This document shows positions 19,486 through 29,592 of a stretch of 55,760 nucleotides of DNA, in pieces. Below the pieces are notes generated by a model. It was not told the DNA's origin. It did not search any database and worked only from the letters and a program-made list of their open reading frames with translations. The first letter of the stretch is position 1. The number at the start of each line of letters is the position of its first letter. The position numbers and the translations under genes are program-made. The DNA is from an uncultured Clostridia bacterium (lineage in GTDB: Bacteria; Bacillota; Clostridia; TANB77; CAG-508). Location of the stretch: assembly GCA_944393395.1 (NCBI GenBank), contig CALYAB010000002.1, forward strand, positions 1 to 55,760, read 5' to 3'.

Positions 19486-20235
19486 TTATTTTTTATTATA
19501 AATTTTTAGAATTTCATCAGTATATTCTCCATTTTCATTATAGACATATAAATTTTTTTCCATCTTTAAAAATGGTCTTGCATTTTTTATTCCTTGTACT
19601 AAGACTAGTTTAGGAACAGCATTTATGTTAGAATACACCAATCTTACTTTTTTAGGCTCAATTTTGTAATTTCTCATTGTAGTTAATAAATCTACAAGTC
19701 TTTCTGGTCTATGAACAATATATATTTCTCCTTTATCTTTTAACATATCTTTAGAAATTTTTATAAAATCCTCCAAACTTGCTTTCATTTCATGCCTTGA
19801 AATAAGTTTTCTTTTATCTTGATTTTCAATTCCTGTTTTTCTTTTTTTATATGGTGGATTTGTAACAATTACATCAAAAGAATTTTTTTCAAAATAATTA
19901 TTTAAATTTAATATATTATCATTAATTAACTTGAATCTATTCTCCAAATTATTTAATTTTATACTTCTATTTGCCATTTCATATACTTCTTCTTGTATCT
20001 CTATCCCTATAATCTCTTTTAACTGTGTCTTACCACATAATAAAGTTGCTATAATACCTGTTCCAGTACCTAAATCCAAGACTCTTGCATTATTTTTTAT
20101 ATTTTTAGCAAAATCCGAAAGCAATATACTATCAATTCCAAAACAAAACCCTTTTTTATTTTGAATTATCTTTAAACCTTTAAACTCTAAATCATCAATT
20201 CTTTCATTTTCTTTTAACTCTATATTATTATTCAT
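19486..20235 (-). CDS. tRNA1(Val) (adenine37-N6)-methyltransferase-like SAM methyltransferase (YabB/YfiC type)
   Basis: 249 aa. SAM motif LDLGTGTGI and catalytic TNPPY. Conserved position next to rsmI. Confidence 0.7.
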   Translation of the reverse strand: MNNNIELKENERIDDLEFKGLKIIQNKKGFCFGIDSILLSDFAKNIKNNARVLDLGTGTGIIATLLCGKTQLKEIIGIEIQEEVYEMANRSIKLNNLENRFKLINDNILNLNNYFEKNSFDVIVTNPPYKKRKTGIENQDKRKLISRHEMKASLEDFIKISKDMLKDKGEIYIVHRPERLVDLLTTMRNYKIEPKKVRLVYSNINAVPKLVLVQGIKNARPFLKMEKNLYVYNENGEYTDEILKIYNKK

Positions 20236-20422
20236 TCCTCTTATTCCTTTTATTATTATTATTATTATATATTGATTTTCTAAAAAAGTAAACTAGTTTA
20301 ACAAATCATTATACATCCTCATATTATATACTATTACAATTCACTGTCTAAAACCTTTTAGAGTTTTGTGATATATATTATATTCTCTATAGAAAAAACA
20401 AAAAATTAATCAGGAGGATTAT

Positions 20423-20611
20423 ATGAATAAAAAAGTAATTAAAAATATAGAAAATAGAGGTGAAAAACTTCCACCTCCAAAATCAAAAAAGAAATTTAAT
20501 TTTAAATGTTATAAAAATAATACAATAAAATCATTACATGATGTTGAATATTTTTTAAATAATTTTAAAAGATTTATTAAATATGTCAAATTATATAAAA
20601 TATTAAAATAA
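20423..20611 (+). CDS. small basic hypothetical protein
   Basis: 62-aa ORF with a strong AGGAGG SD 6 nt upstream. No motif recognised. Confidence 0.35.
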   Translation: MNKKVIKNIENRGEKLPPPKSKKKFNFKCYKNNTIKSLHDVEYFLNNFKRFIKYVKLYKILK

Positions 20612-20613
20612 GG

Positions 20614-21156
20614 TTAGCTTGCTTGCAATTTATATACTTCACTGAAGTCTTCATTTTCCTGCCCATCAATCAAAATTTTTATTGAATTAACCTCTGTAAG
20701 TTGTGTTAAAGTTTTAACCAAGCTATTTATTATATTTTCTTTTGCATTAGTATTTTCTTTATCATAATTTAAAAATTCACTTGAAAAATCTAAATATAGC
20801 ATATCTTTTTCAGTATATGTTTTATTAAGTTTAGTATTTTCAGGAATCAATTTTGAATATTTCTCATTTTTTGGACCTTCTATTAACATATTTACTAATT
20901 TATCATATGGATCATTTATTATTTCTTTTATATCTACTAATCTTGCTTCAGGTGCTAATTCTTGAGTTTCCTTTTCTAAAAAATATAAGCTTACAATTGT
21001 CTGTCTGTTTTGCTCTTCTGTTATCTCCTCTTCAGGTGTATATTCTTCTACAACACTTTCTTGTTCTTGATTCTTAAAATAATTTATAACAAAATATCCT
21101 CCTAATAATATAATAATTAATAAAACTGTAAAAATAATTACTATTTTTTTATTCAT
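20614..21156 (-). CDS. GerMN-domain (germination/sporulation-associated) membrane-anchored protein
   Basis: Probable start at ATG 21156 (MNKKIVIIFTVLL..., TM anchor). LYFLEK...LAPEARLVD...LVNMLIEGP...LYLDFS...SLVKTLTQL..VNSIKILIDGQ fits the GerMN pattern. Confidence 0.5.
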   Translation of the reverse strand: MNKKIVIIFTVLLIIILLGGYFVINYFKNQEQESVVEEYTPEEEITEEQNRQTIVSLYFLEKETQELAPEARLVDIKEIINDPYDKLVNMLIEGPKNEKYSKLIPENTKLNKTYTEKDMLYLDFSSEFLNYDKENTNAKENIINSLVKTLTQLTEVNSIKILIDGQENEDFSEVYKLQAS

Positions 21157-21274
21157 GTGGTTCTCATTCCTTTCATTCAATCTTATTTATTACCTATTGT
21201 ATTTCCTGTTTGTCCTTTTTAGAACTAGAAATTTTTTAGAGTCTATTAGCACCAAAAGTTACAACAATTTCCAT

Positions 21275-21303
21275 TTGACAAAACTACCTTTTCCGTATAC
21301 AAT
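21275..21303 (+). promoter_or_regulatory. sigma-A-type promoter for the activase gene
   Basis: TTGACA (21275-21280), 17 nt, TACAAT (21298-21303). Confidence 0.5.
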
Positions 21304-21350
21304 TAAGGTGGTTTATAATGTATAAAACTATATATAAAAAGGAGTTTATT

Positions 21351-24300
21351 ATGAATGAAATATTACATGTTGGACTTGATGTCGGATCTACAACAGTTAA
21401 AATAATAGTAATGGACAATAACAAAAATACTATATATTCGGATTATCGTAGACATTTCTCAGACGCCAAAAAAACAGTTTGTGAAGTTTTAGAAGAATTA
21501 TTATTAAAATATCCTTCTTATTCTTTTACAATTGCATTAACAGGTTCTGGTGCAATGTCTGCCGCAAAATTTTTAGGAGTTGATTTTATTCAAGAAGTTA
21601 TCTCTTGTAAAAGAGTTATCGAAAAATATTTTCCTAAAACAGATGTTGTTATCGAATTAGGTGGAGAAGACGCTAAAATCATTTATTTTGATAATTCTAT
21701 TGAACAGAGAATGAACGGTACATGTGCTGGTGGAACTGGTGCATTTTTAGACCAAATGGCTTCTCTTTTACATACAGATACAGCAGGATTAAATGAGTTA
21801 GCTAAAGGATATCAAACTATTTATCCAATTGCTTCTCGTTGTGGAGTTTTCGCAAAAACTGATATACAACCCTTAATAAATGAGGGGGCTGCCAAAGAAG
21901 ATATTGCAGCTTCTATTTTCCAAGCAGTTGTAAATCAAACAATTAGCGGTTTAGCTTGTGGAAGGCCTATTAGAGGCAATATTGCGTTTTTAGGAGGTCC
22001 TTTAAGCTATCTTTCAGAATTAAGAAAACGTTTTATTGAAACTTTAAACTTAACAGATGAACAAATTATAATACCTGAAGAAGCACATTTATTAGTTGCA
22101 AAAGGTGCTGCCTTAGATTCTTTTAATACAGAAGTGATTACACCTGATGAATTAGAAAAAAAGATTGAAAACTTTAAAAATTCTCATGATACAACAACTC
22201 AACCTTTAGATCCATTATTTAAAGATGAAGATGAATATAAAACTTTTAAAGAAAGACATAATAAAGCAAAAGTTACTGAAAAACCTTTAAAAGACTATGA
22301 AGGTGATTGTTTTTTAGGAATTGATGCTGGTTCTACTACTACAAAGCTTGTATTGATTGATAAAGACGGTAATTTACTATATTCTCTATATGGAAGTAAT
22401 GAAGGAAATCCACTACAAAGCGTTATGGATATGTTAAGAAAACTATATAAAGAATTACCTGAAAAAGCAATTTTAAGATATAGTGGTGTTACAGGTTATG
22501 GTGAAAAACTAATTCAAACAGCATTAAATGTAGACTTAAATGAAATTGAAACAATAGCACATTATACAGCTGCCAAAACTTTTGAGCCTGACGTAACAAG
22601 TATTGTTGATATTGGTGGTCAGGATATGAAATATATAAGAATTAAAAATGGATCTATTGATAATATCATGTTAAATGAAGCATGCTCTTCTGGATGTGGT
22701 TCTTTTATAGAAACATTTGCCAAAAGTTTAAATTTGGAAATATCTGAATTTGTAAAAGAAGCTATAAAATCAAGAAAACCTGTTGATTTAGGTTCAAGAT
22801 GTACAGTATTTATGAACTCTAAAATAAAACAAGCACAAAAGGAAGGATATTCTGTTGGAGATATCTCAAGTGGATTATCATATTCTGTAATAAAAAATGC
22901 CATCCAAAAAGTTATGAAGGTAAGAGATGTAGAAACTTTAGGAAAACATATTGTTGTTCAAGGTGGTACTTTTTATAATGATGCTGTCCTTAGAGCTTTT
23001 GAGCTTATTGTTGGTAAAAATGTTGTAAGACCAAATATCTCTGGATTAATGGGTGCTTACGGAATGGCTTTACTTTCAAAAGAACAATATGAAGCAAATA
23101 TGGATATGGAATATACATCTACCATATTAAAAACAGATGAATTAGATAATTTAAAAATTAAAATTACACATACACATTGTAATAATTGTGAAAACCATTG
23201 TAAATTGACAATCAATAAGTTTAGTAATGGCCAAATACATGTAACAGGTAATCGTTGTGAAAAAGGTGCTGGAATTGTTACAAAAGCAAAAAATTTACCT
23301 AATTTAGTACAATACAAATATGAGAGAATTTTTGATTATACACCAATAGAAGAGCAATATGCAACAAGAGGAACAATAGGAATCCCTAGAGTTTTAAATA
23401 TGTACGAAGATTATCCTTTCTGGTTTACATTCCTTTCAAGCTTAGGTTTTAGAGTTATCATATCTGAAAAAAGTACTAGAAAAACCTATGAAAAAGGTAT
23501 GGAATCAATGCCTTCAGAATCTGTATGTTATCCTGCAAAACTTTCTCATGGTCATATTGAAAGTTTACTAGAACAAGGAATCAACACTATATTTTATCCT
23601 TGTATGCCATATTCAAGAAAAGAATATAAAAAAGCAGATAACCATTATAATTGTCCTATTGTTATCTCATATTCTGAAGTATTAAAAAATAATGTTGAAG
23701 GATTAAAAAATCCTAAAGTAAAATTCTTAAATCCATTCTTACCTTTTGATAAAAAGAATTTAGTAAAAAAGATTTTAGAATTAGATGAATTTAAACAATA
23801 TAAATTTACAAAAGAAGAACTATATGAAGCAGCTGACAAAGCTGAAAAAGAATATCAAAAATGTAAAGAAGATATTAGAAGAAAAGGTGCTGAAACAGTA
23901 AAATACATAGAAGAAAATCACTTAAAAGGTATCGTATTAGCAGGTCGTCCTTATCATGTGGATCCAGAAATTAATCATGGTATTGATACATTAATTACAT
24001 CATTAGGATTATGTGTATTAACAGAAGATAGTATCTCAAATCAAACAGAAGTTAAAAGACCAATTAGAGTTGTTGACCAATGGGTATATCATGCAAGACT
24101 TTATGCAGCAGCTGATTTTGTTGGTAAACATGACTCTTTAGAATTAGTTCAATTAAATTCTTTTGGATGCGGTGTAGATGCTGTTACAACAGACCAGGTT
24201 GAAGAAATTTTATCTAGTTATGATAAAATGTATACTTTAATAAAAATAGATGAAGTTAATAACTTAGGCGCAGTTAGAATTCGTATACGTTCTCTTTTAG

Positions 24301-25694
24301 CTAGTATGAATAAACGTGAGAAAGAGAAAAAAGAAAATAATGCTACTGGTGATTATGAACAACATAAAAAAATATTTACAAAAGATATGAAAAAAGATTA
24401 TACAATTTTAATACCACAAATGGCACCAATCCATTTTGAATTGCTAGAATCTGCCGTAAAATCTACTGGATATAAAGTAGAATTATTAAGAAAATGTACT
24501 CAAAAAACTGTTGAAACAGGATTAAAATATGTTAATAATGATGCTTGTTATCCTTCAATTTTAGTTACTGGACAAATGATTGAAGCACTTCAATCTGGTA
24601 AATATGATTTAAATAAAACTGCTTTAATTATGTCACAAACAGGTGGAGGGTGCCGTGCAACAAATTATATAGGATTTATAAGAAAAGCTTTAAAAGATGC
24701 AGGATTTGAAAATATACCAGTTATTTCATTTAATATTGTTGGTATGGAAAAAATGCCTGGATTTAAAATAACAGTACCATTAATAGAACGTCTTTTAAAA
24801 ACTATATTATATGGTGATCTATTACAAAAAATGTTAACTAAAAATAGAGCTTATGAAAAAAACAAAGGTGAAACACAAAAATTATTTGATACATGGATGG
24901 AAAAATGTAAAAAACTACTTGAAAAATCAACAAATAAAGAATTTAAACAAAGTATTTATGATATTGTAAATGATTTCGAAAAAATAGAATTAGATACAAC
25001 AATTGAAAAACCTAGAGTTGGTATCGTTGGAGAGGTTTTAATTAAATATCATCCTTTTGGAAATAACTTTGTTGCAGATTTATTAGAAAAAGAAGGTGCT
25101 GAAGTAATATTACCAGACTTTATGGGATTTGTTAAATTTATGGCTACACATAAAATTACATTTAATAATCTATTAAATACAAATAAAACTTCTTCAAAAA
25201 TTATGAAAGCAGCTATAAAATTAATAGATATATTAGAAAAAGATATGAAAATAGCTTTAGCAAATTCTAAAAAAGGATATTTACCACCTTGTGATATTTG
25301 GCACTTAGAAGAAAAAGTAAAAGATGTATTATCTATTGGAAATCAAACTGGTGAAGGCTGGTTCTTAACAGCAGAAATGATAGAATACATAGAACATGAT
25401 ATCCCAAATATTATCTGTGTTCAACCATTTGCTTGTTTACCAAATCATGTAGTTGGTAAAGGTGTTATAAAAACAATTAGAGAAAAATACCCAAATGCTA
25501 ATATTTCACCTGTTGATTATGACCCAGGTGCTAGCGAGACTAATCAAGCAAATAGAATTAAGTTATTAATGACTGTTGCTAAAGATAACCTAAAAGCAAA
25601 ACAAAATAGACAAAAAGCTATTGAAAAAGAAAATGAAATTGTGCCAGAGCCACATAAACAATCAACTAATGAAGTTGAGAAAATAAATAAGTAA
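21351..25694 (+). CDS. 2-hydroxyacyl-CoA dehydratase activase-related fusion protein (two BcrAD/BadFG ATPase modules + DUF2229-type CoA-enzyme-activase domains)
   Basis: About 1447 aa from the SD-supported ATG at 21351. Two acetate/sugar-kinase-type ATPase repeats (LHVGLDVGSTTVKI, FLGIDAGSTTTKLV) with cluster-helix Cys motifs, then a long C-terminal activase-associated region. Confidence 0.75.
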   Translation: MNEILHVGLDVGSTTVKIIVMDNNKNTIYSDYRRHFSDAKKTVCEVLEELLLKYPSYSFTIALTGSGAMSAAKFLGVDFIQEVISCKRVIEKYFPKTDVVIELGGEDAKIIYFDNSIEQRMNGTCAGGTGAFLDQMASLLHTDTAGLNELAKGYQTIYPIASRCGVFAKTDIQPLINEGAAKEDIAASIFQAVVNQTISGLACGRPIRGNIAFLGGPLSYLSELRKRFIETLNLTDEQIIIPEEAHLLVAKGAALDSFNTEVITPDELEKKIENFKNSHDTTTQPLDPLFKDEDEYKTFKERHNKAKVTEKPLKDYEGDCFLGIDAGSTTTKLVLIDKDGNLLYSLYGSNEGNPLQSVMDMLRKLYKELPEKAILRYSGVTGYGEKLIQTALNVDLNEIETIAHYTAAKTFEPDVTSIVDIGGQDMKYIRIKNGSIDNIMLNEACSSGCGSFIETFAKSLNLEISEFVKEAIKSRKPVDLGSRCTVFMNSKIKQAQKEGYSVGDISSGLSYSVIKNAIQKVMKVRDVETLGKHIVVQGGTFYNDAVLRAFELIVGKNVVRPNISGLMGAYGMALLSKEQYEANMDMEYTSTILKTDELDNLKIKITHTHCNNCENHCKLTINKFSNGQIHVTGNRCEKGAGIVTKAKNLPNLVQYKYERIFDYTPIEEQYATRGTIGIPRVLNMYEDYPFWFTFLSSLGFRVIISEKSTRKTYEKGMESMPSESVCYPAKLSHGHIESLLEQGINTIFYPCMPYSRKEYKKADNHYNCPIVISYSEVLKNNVEGLKNPKVKFLNPFLPFDKKNLVKKILELDEFKQYKFTKEELYEAADKAEKEYQKCKEDIRRKGAETVKYIEENHLKGIVLAGRPYHVDPEINHGIDTLITSLGLCVLTEDSISNQTEVKRPIRVVDQWVYHARLYAAADFVGKHDSLELVQLNSFGCGVDAVTTDQVEEILSSYDKMYTLIKIDEVNNLGAVRIRIRSLLASMNKREKEKKENNATGDYEQHKKIFTKDMKKDYTILIPQMAPIHFELLESAVKSTGYKVELLRKCTQKTVETGLKYVNNDACYPSILVTGQMIEALQSGKYDLNKTALIMSQTGGGCRATNYIGFIRKALKDAGFENIPVISFNIVGMEKMPGFKITVPLIERLLKTILYGDLLQKMLTKNRAYEKNKGETQKLFDTWMEKCKKLLEKSTNKEFKQSIYDIVNDFEKIELDTTIEKPRVGIVGEVLIKYHPFGNNFVADLLEKEGAEVILPDFMGFVKFMATHKITFNNLLNTNKTSSKIMKAAIKLIDILEKDMKIALANSKKGYLPPCDIWHLEEKVKDVLSIGNQTGEGWFLTAEMIEYIEHDIPNIICVQPFACLPNHVVGKGVIKTIREKYPNANISPVDYDPGASETNQANRIKLLMTVAKDNLKAKQNRQKAIEKENEIVPEPHKQSTNEVEKINK

Positions 25695-25717
25695 AATTTA
25701 TTTATTTACTTATATTA

Positions 25718-25757
25718 AGAGATAGAGGATTTTGTGAATTTCTCTATCTTTTATTAT
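25718..25757 (+). terminator. rho-independent terminator after the activase gene
   Basis: Stem GAGATAGAG (25719-25727) with CTCTATCTT (25742-25750, one G-U pair), followed by a T-rich tail. Confidence 0.6.
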
Positions 25758-25950
25758 ATACTTCTTTTAACCCACTACTACACCTGTATGTGCCGCACCT
25801 TTTACTCCCCACCAGATAAACTTAAACCTACTTTCATTTTATTACCTAGTGTAATATATGCTTTTTGTAAAACTGTGATATCTTACAAAAATTTTATATT
25901 GAATCATTAAATTTTTTATGTTATTATTATGTAGAAAGGATTGTTTTATT

Positions 25951-26613
25951 ATGGATAAAAATTATTATGAAATATTGCAAATAGATAAAAATGCTTCGCC
26001 AGAAATCATAGAAAAGGCCTATAAAACTTTGGCAAAAAAATACCATCCTGATTTACAAGATGAAACACATAAAAAAGAAGCTGAAGAAAAATTTAAAATA
26101 ATAAATGAAGCTTATCAAACATTGTCAAATCCTCAACTAAAAGCATCATATGATCAAAATATTCTGGATAATAATATTTCTCAAGAACAATATGAAGAAA
26201 TGTATAAACAAAATCAAATATTAAAAAATGAATTAAATAATTTACATAGACAACAAACTAATTCTCAAACTACTCAAAATAACAATATGTATAATAATGT
26301 ATACAATACACCTCAAAATACAGGAGAAAAAAGATATAAAAGAGATTTAGAATATGAAAATGAAGTTAACCGTGCTAGACAACAAGCATATCATGACGCT
26401 TATATACAAGATTTAAAAAATAGAGGATATAAAATCAAGTATAAAAAATCATTTTCAGATTATCTTAAAGGTCTTATTTCTATTATTGTTGTAATTCTTA
26501 TTTTATACATTTTGTGGCACATTCCTTTTATACAAAATTATTTTATAAATTTATACAATAATAATTTTGTATTTCACTATATTGGAAATATTTTTATAAA
26601 TCTTTTTAATTAA
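25951..26613 (+). CDS. DnaJ (J-domain) protein with C-terminal membrane anchor
   Basis: J-domain [30 protein letters not shown]...[13 protein letters not shown]-rich middle. C-terminal [17 protein letters not shown]. Confidence 0.7.
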   Translation: MDKNYYEILQIDKNASPEIIEKAYKTLAKKYHPDLQDETHKKEAEEKFKIINEAYQTLSNPQLKASYDQNILDNNISQEQYEEMYKQNQILKNELNNLHRQQTNSQTTQNNNMYNNVYNTPQNTGEKRYKRDLEYENEVNRARQQAYHDAYIQDLKNRGYKIKYKKSFSDYLKGLISIIVVILILYILWHIPFIQNYFINLYNNNFVFHYIGNIFINLFN

Positions 26614-26667
26614 ATCAGAACCCAAATATAATTAATTTTGGGTTCTTTTATTTATATAATAACAAAA

Positions 26668-28323
26668 TTATATTACATTTTTAAATAATTTATTTCTTTT
26701 AATCTGTACTCTTACATATTTATCTGCTATAAATAATAATATTGCAAAAATTAAAAATGTTATTAATACAGCTAAATACAAATTAATATTTTTAAAAGCT
26801 TTTGCTATATACATTAATAATATTACTACAATAATTGTCCATACATATTGAAATATTTTATTTCCATTTTGTTTTAGTACCTCAATTTCTGTATCCCAAT
26901 CTAATATTGGTCTTTTTATATCTACTATTAACATTAAATAACTATTTAATATACTAACAACTGTAGTTATGACAAAAAGACATAACATTTGAACTATAGA
27001 TATATTAGGAAATAATACTTTTGATAGTACTATCACTATAATCGAAATTATAGTATTTAATATAACTTGTAATAAATTTTTCAATATAAACTGTTTGTAT
27101 AAGCTTATTGGTATATATTTCATAAATACTGCATTTTTTCCTTGTCTAGAAATTGCTGAAATAGAAATATTCGAAATTGAAAACAATACTTGTAAAACCC
27201 CTAAAATAATAGCCACTCCTTCTATTGTTAAGTTAAGTCCATTCAACAAATCAAACATTTCTTTATTATTTTGCATCAAAGAATATTTAAATGATATAGA
27301 TAATATAACTATCATAACAGTAGCTAAACAAACTGGATAAACTGTTTGCATAAAACATATAGCACTTCTAAACAAACCTTTTAAATCATTTTCCATATAT
27401 GATTTTATTATGCTTCGCTGTCTACATTTACTTTCCCAATTAATCTTTTTTCTGCTTTTACTTTTACTATATGTATTTGTCTTTAATATATTTTTAATAT
27501 ATATTCTTTTGCCCATATATATTAAGACACCATACATTACTATATATAAAGCTAATATTTTTAATAAGTTACCAAATATATTTTCTTGCTTTAAAATATC
27601 TATTAAAGGATTCACTATTACCATAGTATTATTTATATTTTGTGATATAGTTTTAAGATTAATATCTATTTGTCCATAATCAACATTATCTGACATTATC
27701 CATTTTATTAAAAAAGTTTCTATTAACATTATTATAATCATAAAAAAGGACGTTATCATTGTTTGGAATCTATTTTTATTTTTTATTCTTTTTACAAACT
27801 TCATTATTATTAATGCTATAATACTAACCAATATAGTTGGAAATATAGGTAATAGTAGCAATACTAAAAATATAGTACAATAATATGTAAAACCAGCTGT
27901 AGTCGACATTCCATATAAAATTAATGGTATAAGCATAAATATTATTTCTGTTGTATACAATACGTTTAGAATAGTATTTGTTTTTGATAATAATAACTCT
28001 TGAGGTTTTATTGGTAGCGGTAAAAAATACTCTATATCTTTAGAAAAATATAATATATTCATACTTAATATTATCACTTGCATAAACATAATTAATGTCA
28101 TATATGCAAAAATATTATCTAAAAACACCTCTGTTTGTCCATAATCTCTTAGTATACCTAATATATAGTTACTCAAGAAAGCCATTGCTAATGCTACTAT
28201 TATTATCATCCATACATATATAGATCTTTTATTTAATTTTTTTGTCTTTTTATCTATTAAATTAAAATTTTTTATATAATCTAGAGTTGAACTTTTTGTT
28301 AATAACATTATATTTTTAATCAT
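26668..28323 (-). CDS. ABC exporter permease (large polytopic ABC-2-like protein)
   Basis: 551 aa, at least 10 hydrophobic segments. Its start overlaps the stop of the ABC ATPase gene. Confidence 0.5.
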   Translation of the reverse strand: MIKNIMLLTKSSTLDYIKNFNLIDKKTKKLNKRSIYVWMIIIVALAMAFLSNYILGILRDYGQTEVFLDNIFAYMTLIMFMQVIILSMNILYFSKDIEYFLPLPIKPQELLLSKTNTILNVLYTTEIIFMLIPLILYGMSTTAGFTYYCTIFLVLLLLPIFPTILVSIIALIIMKFVKRIKNKNRFQTMITSFFMIIIMLIETFLIKWIMSDNVDYGQIDINLKTISQNINNTMVIVNPLIDILKQENIFGNLLKILALYIVMYGVLIYMGKRIYIKNILKTNTYSKSKSRKKINWESKCRQRSIIKSYMENDLKGLFRSAICFMQTVYPVCLATVMIVILSISFKYSLMQNNKEMFDLLNGLNLTIEGVAIILGVLQVLFSISNISISAISRQGKNAVFMKYIPISLYKQFILKNLLQVILNTIISIIVIVLSKVLFPNISIVQMLCLFVITTVVSILNSYLMLIVDIKRPILDWDTEIEVLKQNGNKIFQYVWTIIVVILLMYIAKAFKNINLYLAVLITFLIFAILLFIADKYVRVQIKRNKLFKNVI

Positions 28324-29041
28324 TTTCTATTATCTCCATAAATAAATCTTCTAAAGAATTATTTTCTTTCATTTTACTTTTTAATTCATTAATATTACCT
28401 ACAAATAATATTTTTCCCTTATTTATAATCGCCACTCTATCACATAAATTTTCTGCTACCTCTAATATATGTGTTGAAAAAAACACTACATTCCCTTGTT
28501 GTGCATATTCCCTCATCATAGTTTTTAAATCATATATTGCTTTTGGATCTAATCCCGTAATTGGCTCATCTAATATCCAGTTTTTAGGATTATGCAATAA
28601 AACTCCAATTATCATTATTTTCTGTCTCATCCCATGAGAATAACTTTCTATTTTCTCATTTAACGCTAATTCCATATCAAATTTCTTTGATAATTCTTTG
28701 ATTTTTTTTATTCTTTCTTCAGTACCAACCTTATATATATCTGCTATAAAGTTTAAATATTCTATTCCCTTTAAATTTAAAAACATATCTGGGCTGTCTG
28801 AATTCAATCCAAGTTTTTCTTTTGCTTTATATGGATTATTTTTTATGCTATCTCCATCTATTAAAATATCTCCACTATCAATTTCTAAAATTCCCGTTAT
28901 CATTTTTATAACTGTTGTTTTTCCTGCACCATTTGGACCTAGAAATCCCATTATTTCTCCATCTTTAATTTCTAAGTTCATATTGTCAATTATTTTGTCA
29001 CCTTTTATATAAGATTTTGATATATTTTTTATTTCTATCAT
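28316..29041 (-). CDS. ABC transporter ATP-binding protein
   Basis: Walker A GPNGAGKTT, signature YSHGMRQK, Walker B ILDEP. Confidence 0.85.
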   Translation of the reverse strand: MIEIKNISKSYIKGDKIIDNMNLEIKDGEIMGFLGPNGAGKTTVIKMITGILEIDSGDILIDGDSIKNNPYKAKEKLGLNSDSPDMFLNLKGIEYLNFIADIYKVGTEERIKKIKELSKKFDMELALNEKIESYSHGMRQKIMIIGVLLHNPKNWILDEPITGLDPKAIYDLKTMMREYAQQGNVVFFSTHILEVAENLCDRVAIINKGKILFVGNINELKSKMKENNSLEDLFMEIIEND

Positions 29042-29070
29042 AAAATCCTTCCTTTATTATATATTTATAA

Positions 29071-29093
29071 AGAGAGAATATCATATTCTCTCT
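29071..29093 (-). terminator. stem-loop separating the secretion locus from the ABC operon
   Basis: AGAGAGAA (29071-29078) pairs with TTCTCTCT (29086-29093). The U-tract on the minus strand is weak. Confidence 0.4.
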
Positions 29094-29112
29094 TTTTTAT
29101 CAATACCAAAAT

Positions 29113-29580
29113 TTAATCTGGTTCAAATGTATATTGTTGATCCTCTTTATCTATCGTTACGACCAGTTGAGTTTTATTTGAATCATTTAACTCTAAATAT
29201 AGCTTTAATTCACTTTCATTTTCATCATATGAAGTTACAGTTATTTGATCTGCATCAACTAATCCATTTAAATAAATATACTCTTTAAGCTTTAATATAA
29301 AATCATCATAATTTTGAATTTTACTTATAATTTCATCTGTCATTCCCTGTATATCTATTTCAAAATTATCTAATTGACTTTCATTATATTCTATTCCGCT
29401 TTCTTCTTCATTTGTAATATCATCCTCTTCCGTATTTTCATTTATTTCTTCTTGAATATTTGTGTTAGTTATATTTTCTATACTATTATTATCTTTTTTA
29501 TAGAATACAAGAAAACCTATTATTACTATAATCATTATTAAAATTATAAGCATAATAATAATTAAACTTTTTTTACTCAT
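29113..29580 (-). CDS. membrane-anchored acidic protein, last gene of the secretion locus
   Basis: 155 aa. N-terminal TM LIIIMLIILIMIIVIIGFLVF, acidic ectodomain. AAGGAG SD. Confidence 0.4.
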   Translation of the reverse strand: MSKKSLIIIMLIILIMIIVIIGFLVFYKKDNNSIENITNTNIQEEINENTEEDDITNEEESGIEYNESQLDNFEIDIQGMTDEIISKIQNYDDFILKLKEYIYLNGLVDADQITVTSYDENESELKLYLELNDSNKTQLVVTIDKEDQQYTFEPD

Positions 29581-29592
29581 TTTATTGCTCCT

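Noticed and set aside
21351-25694. The roughly 1450-aa activase fusion as a novel giant protein.
   Set aside because: Double BcrAD/BadFG ATPase plus DUF2229 fusions of this size are common in Clostridia. Nothing in the sequence suggests an unusual variant.
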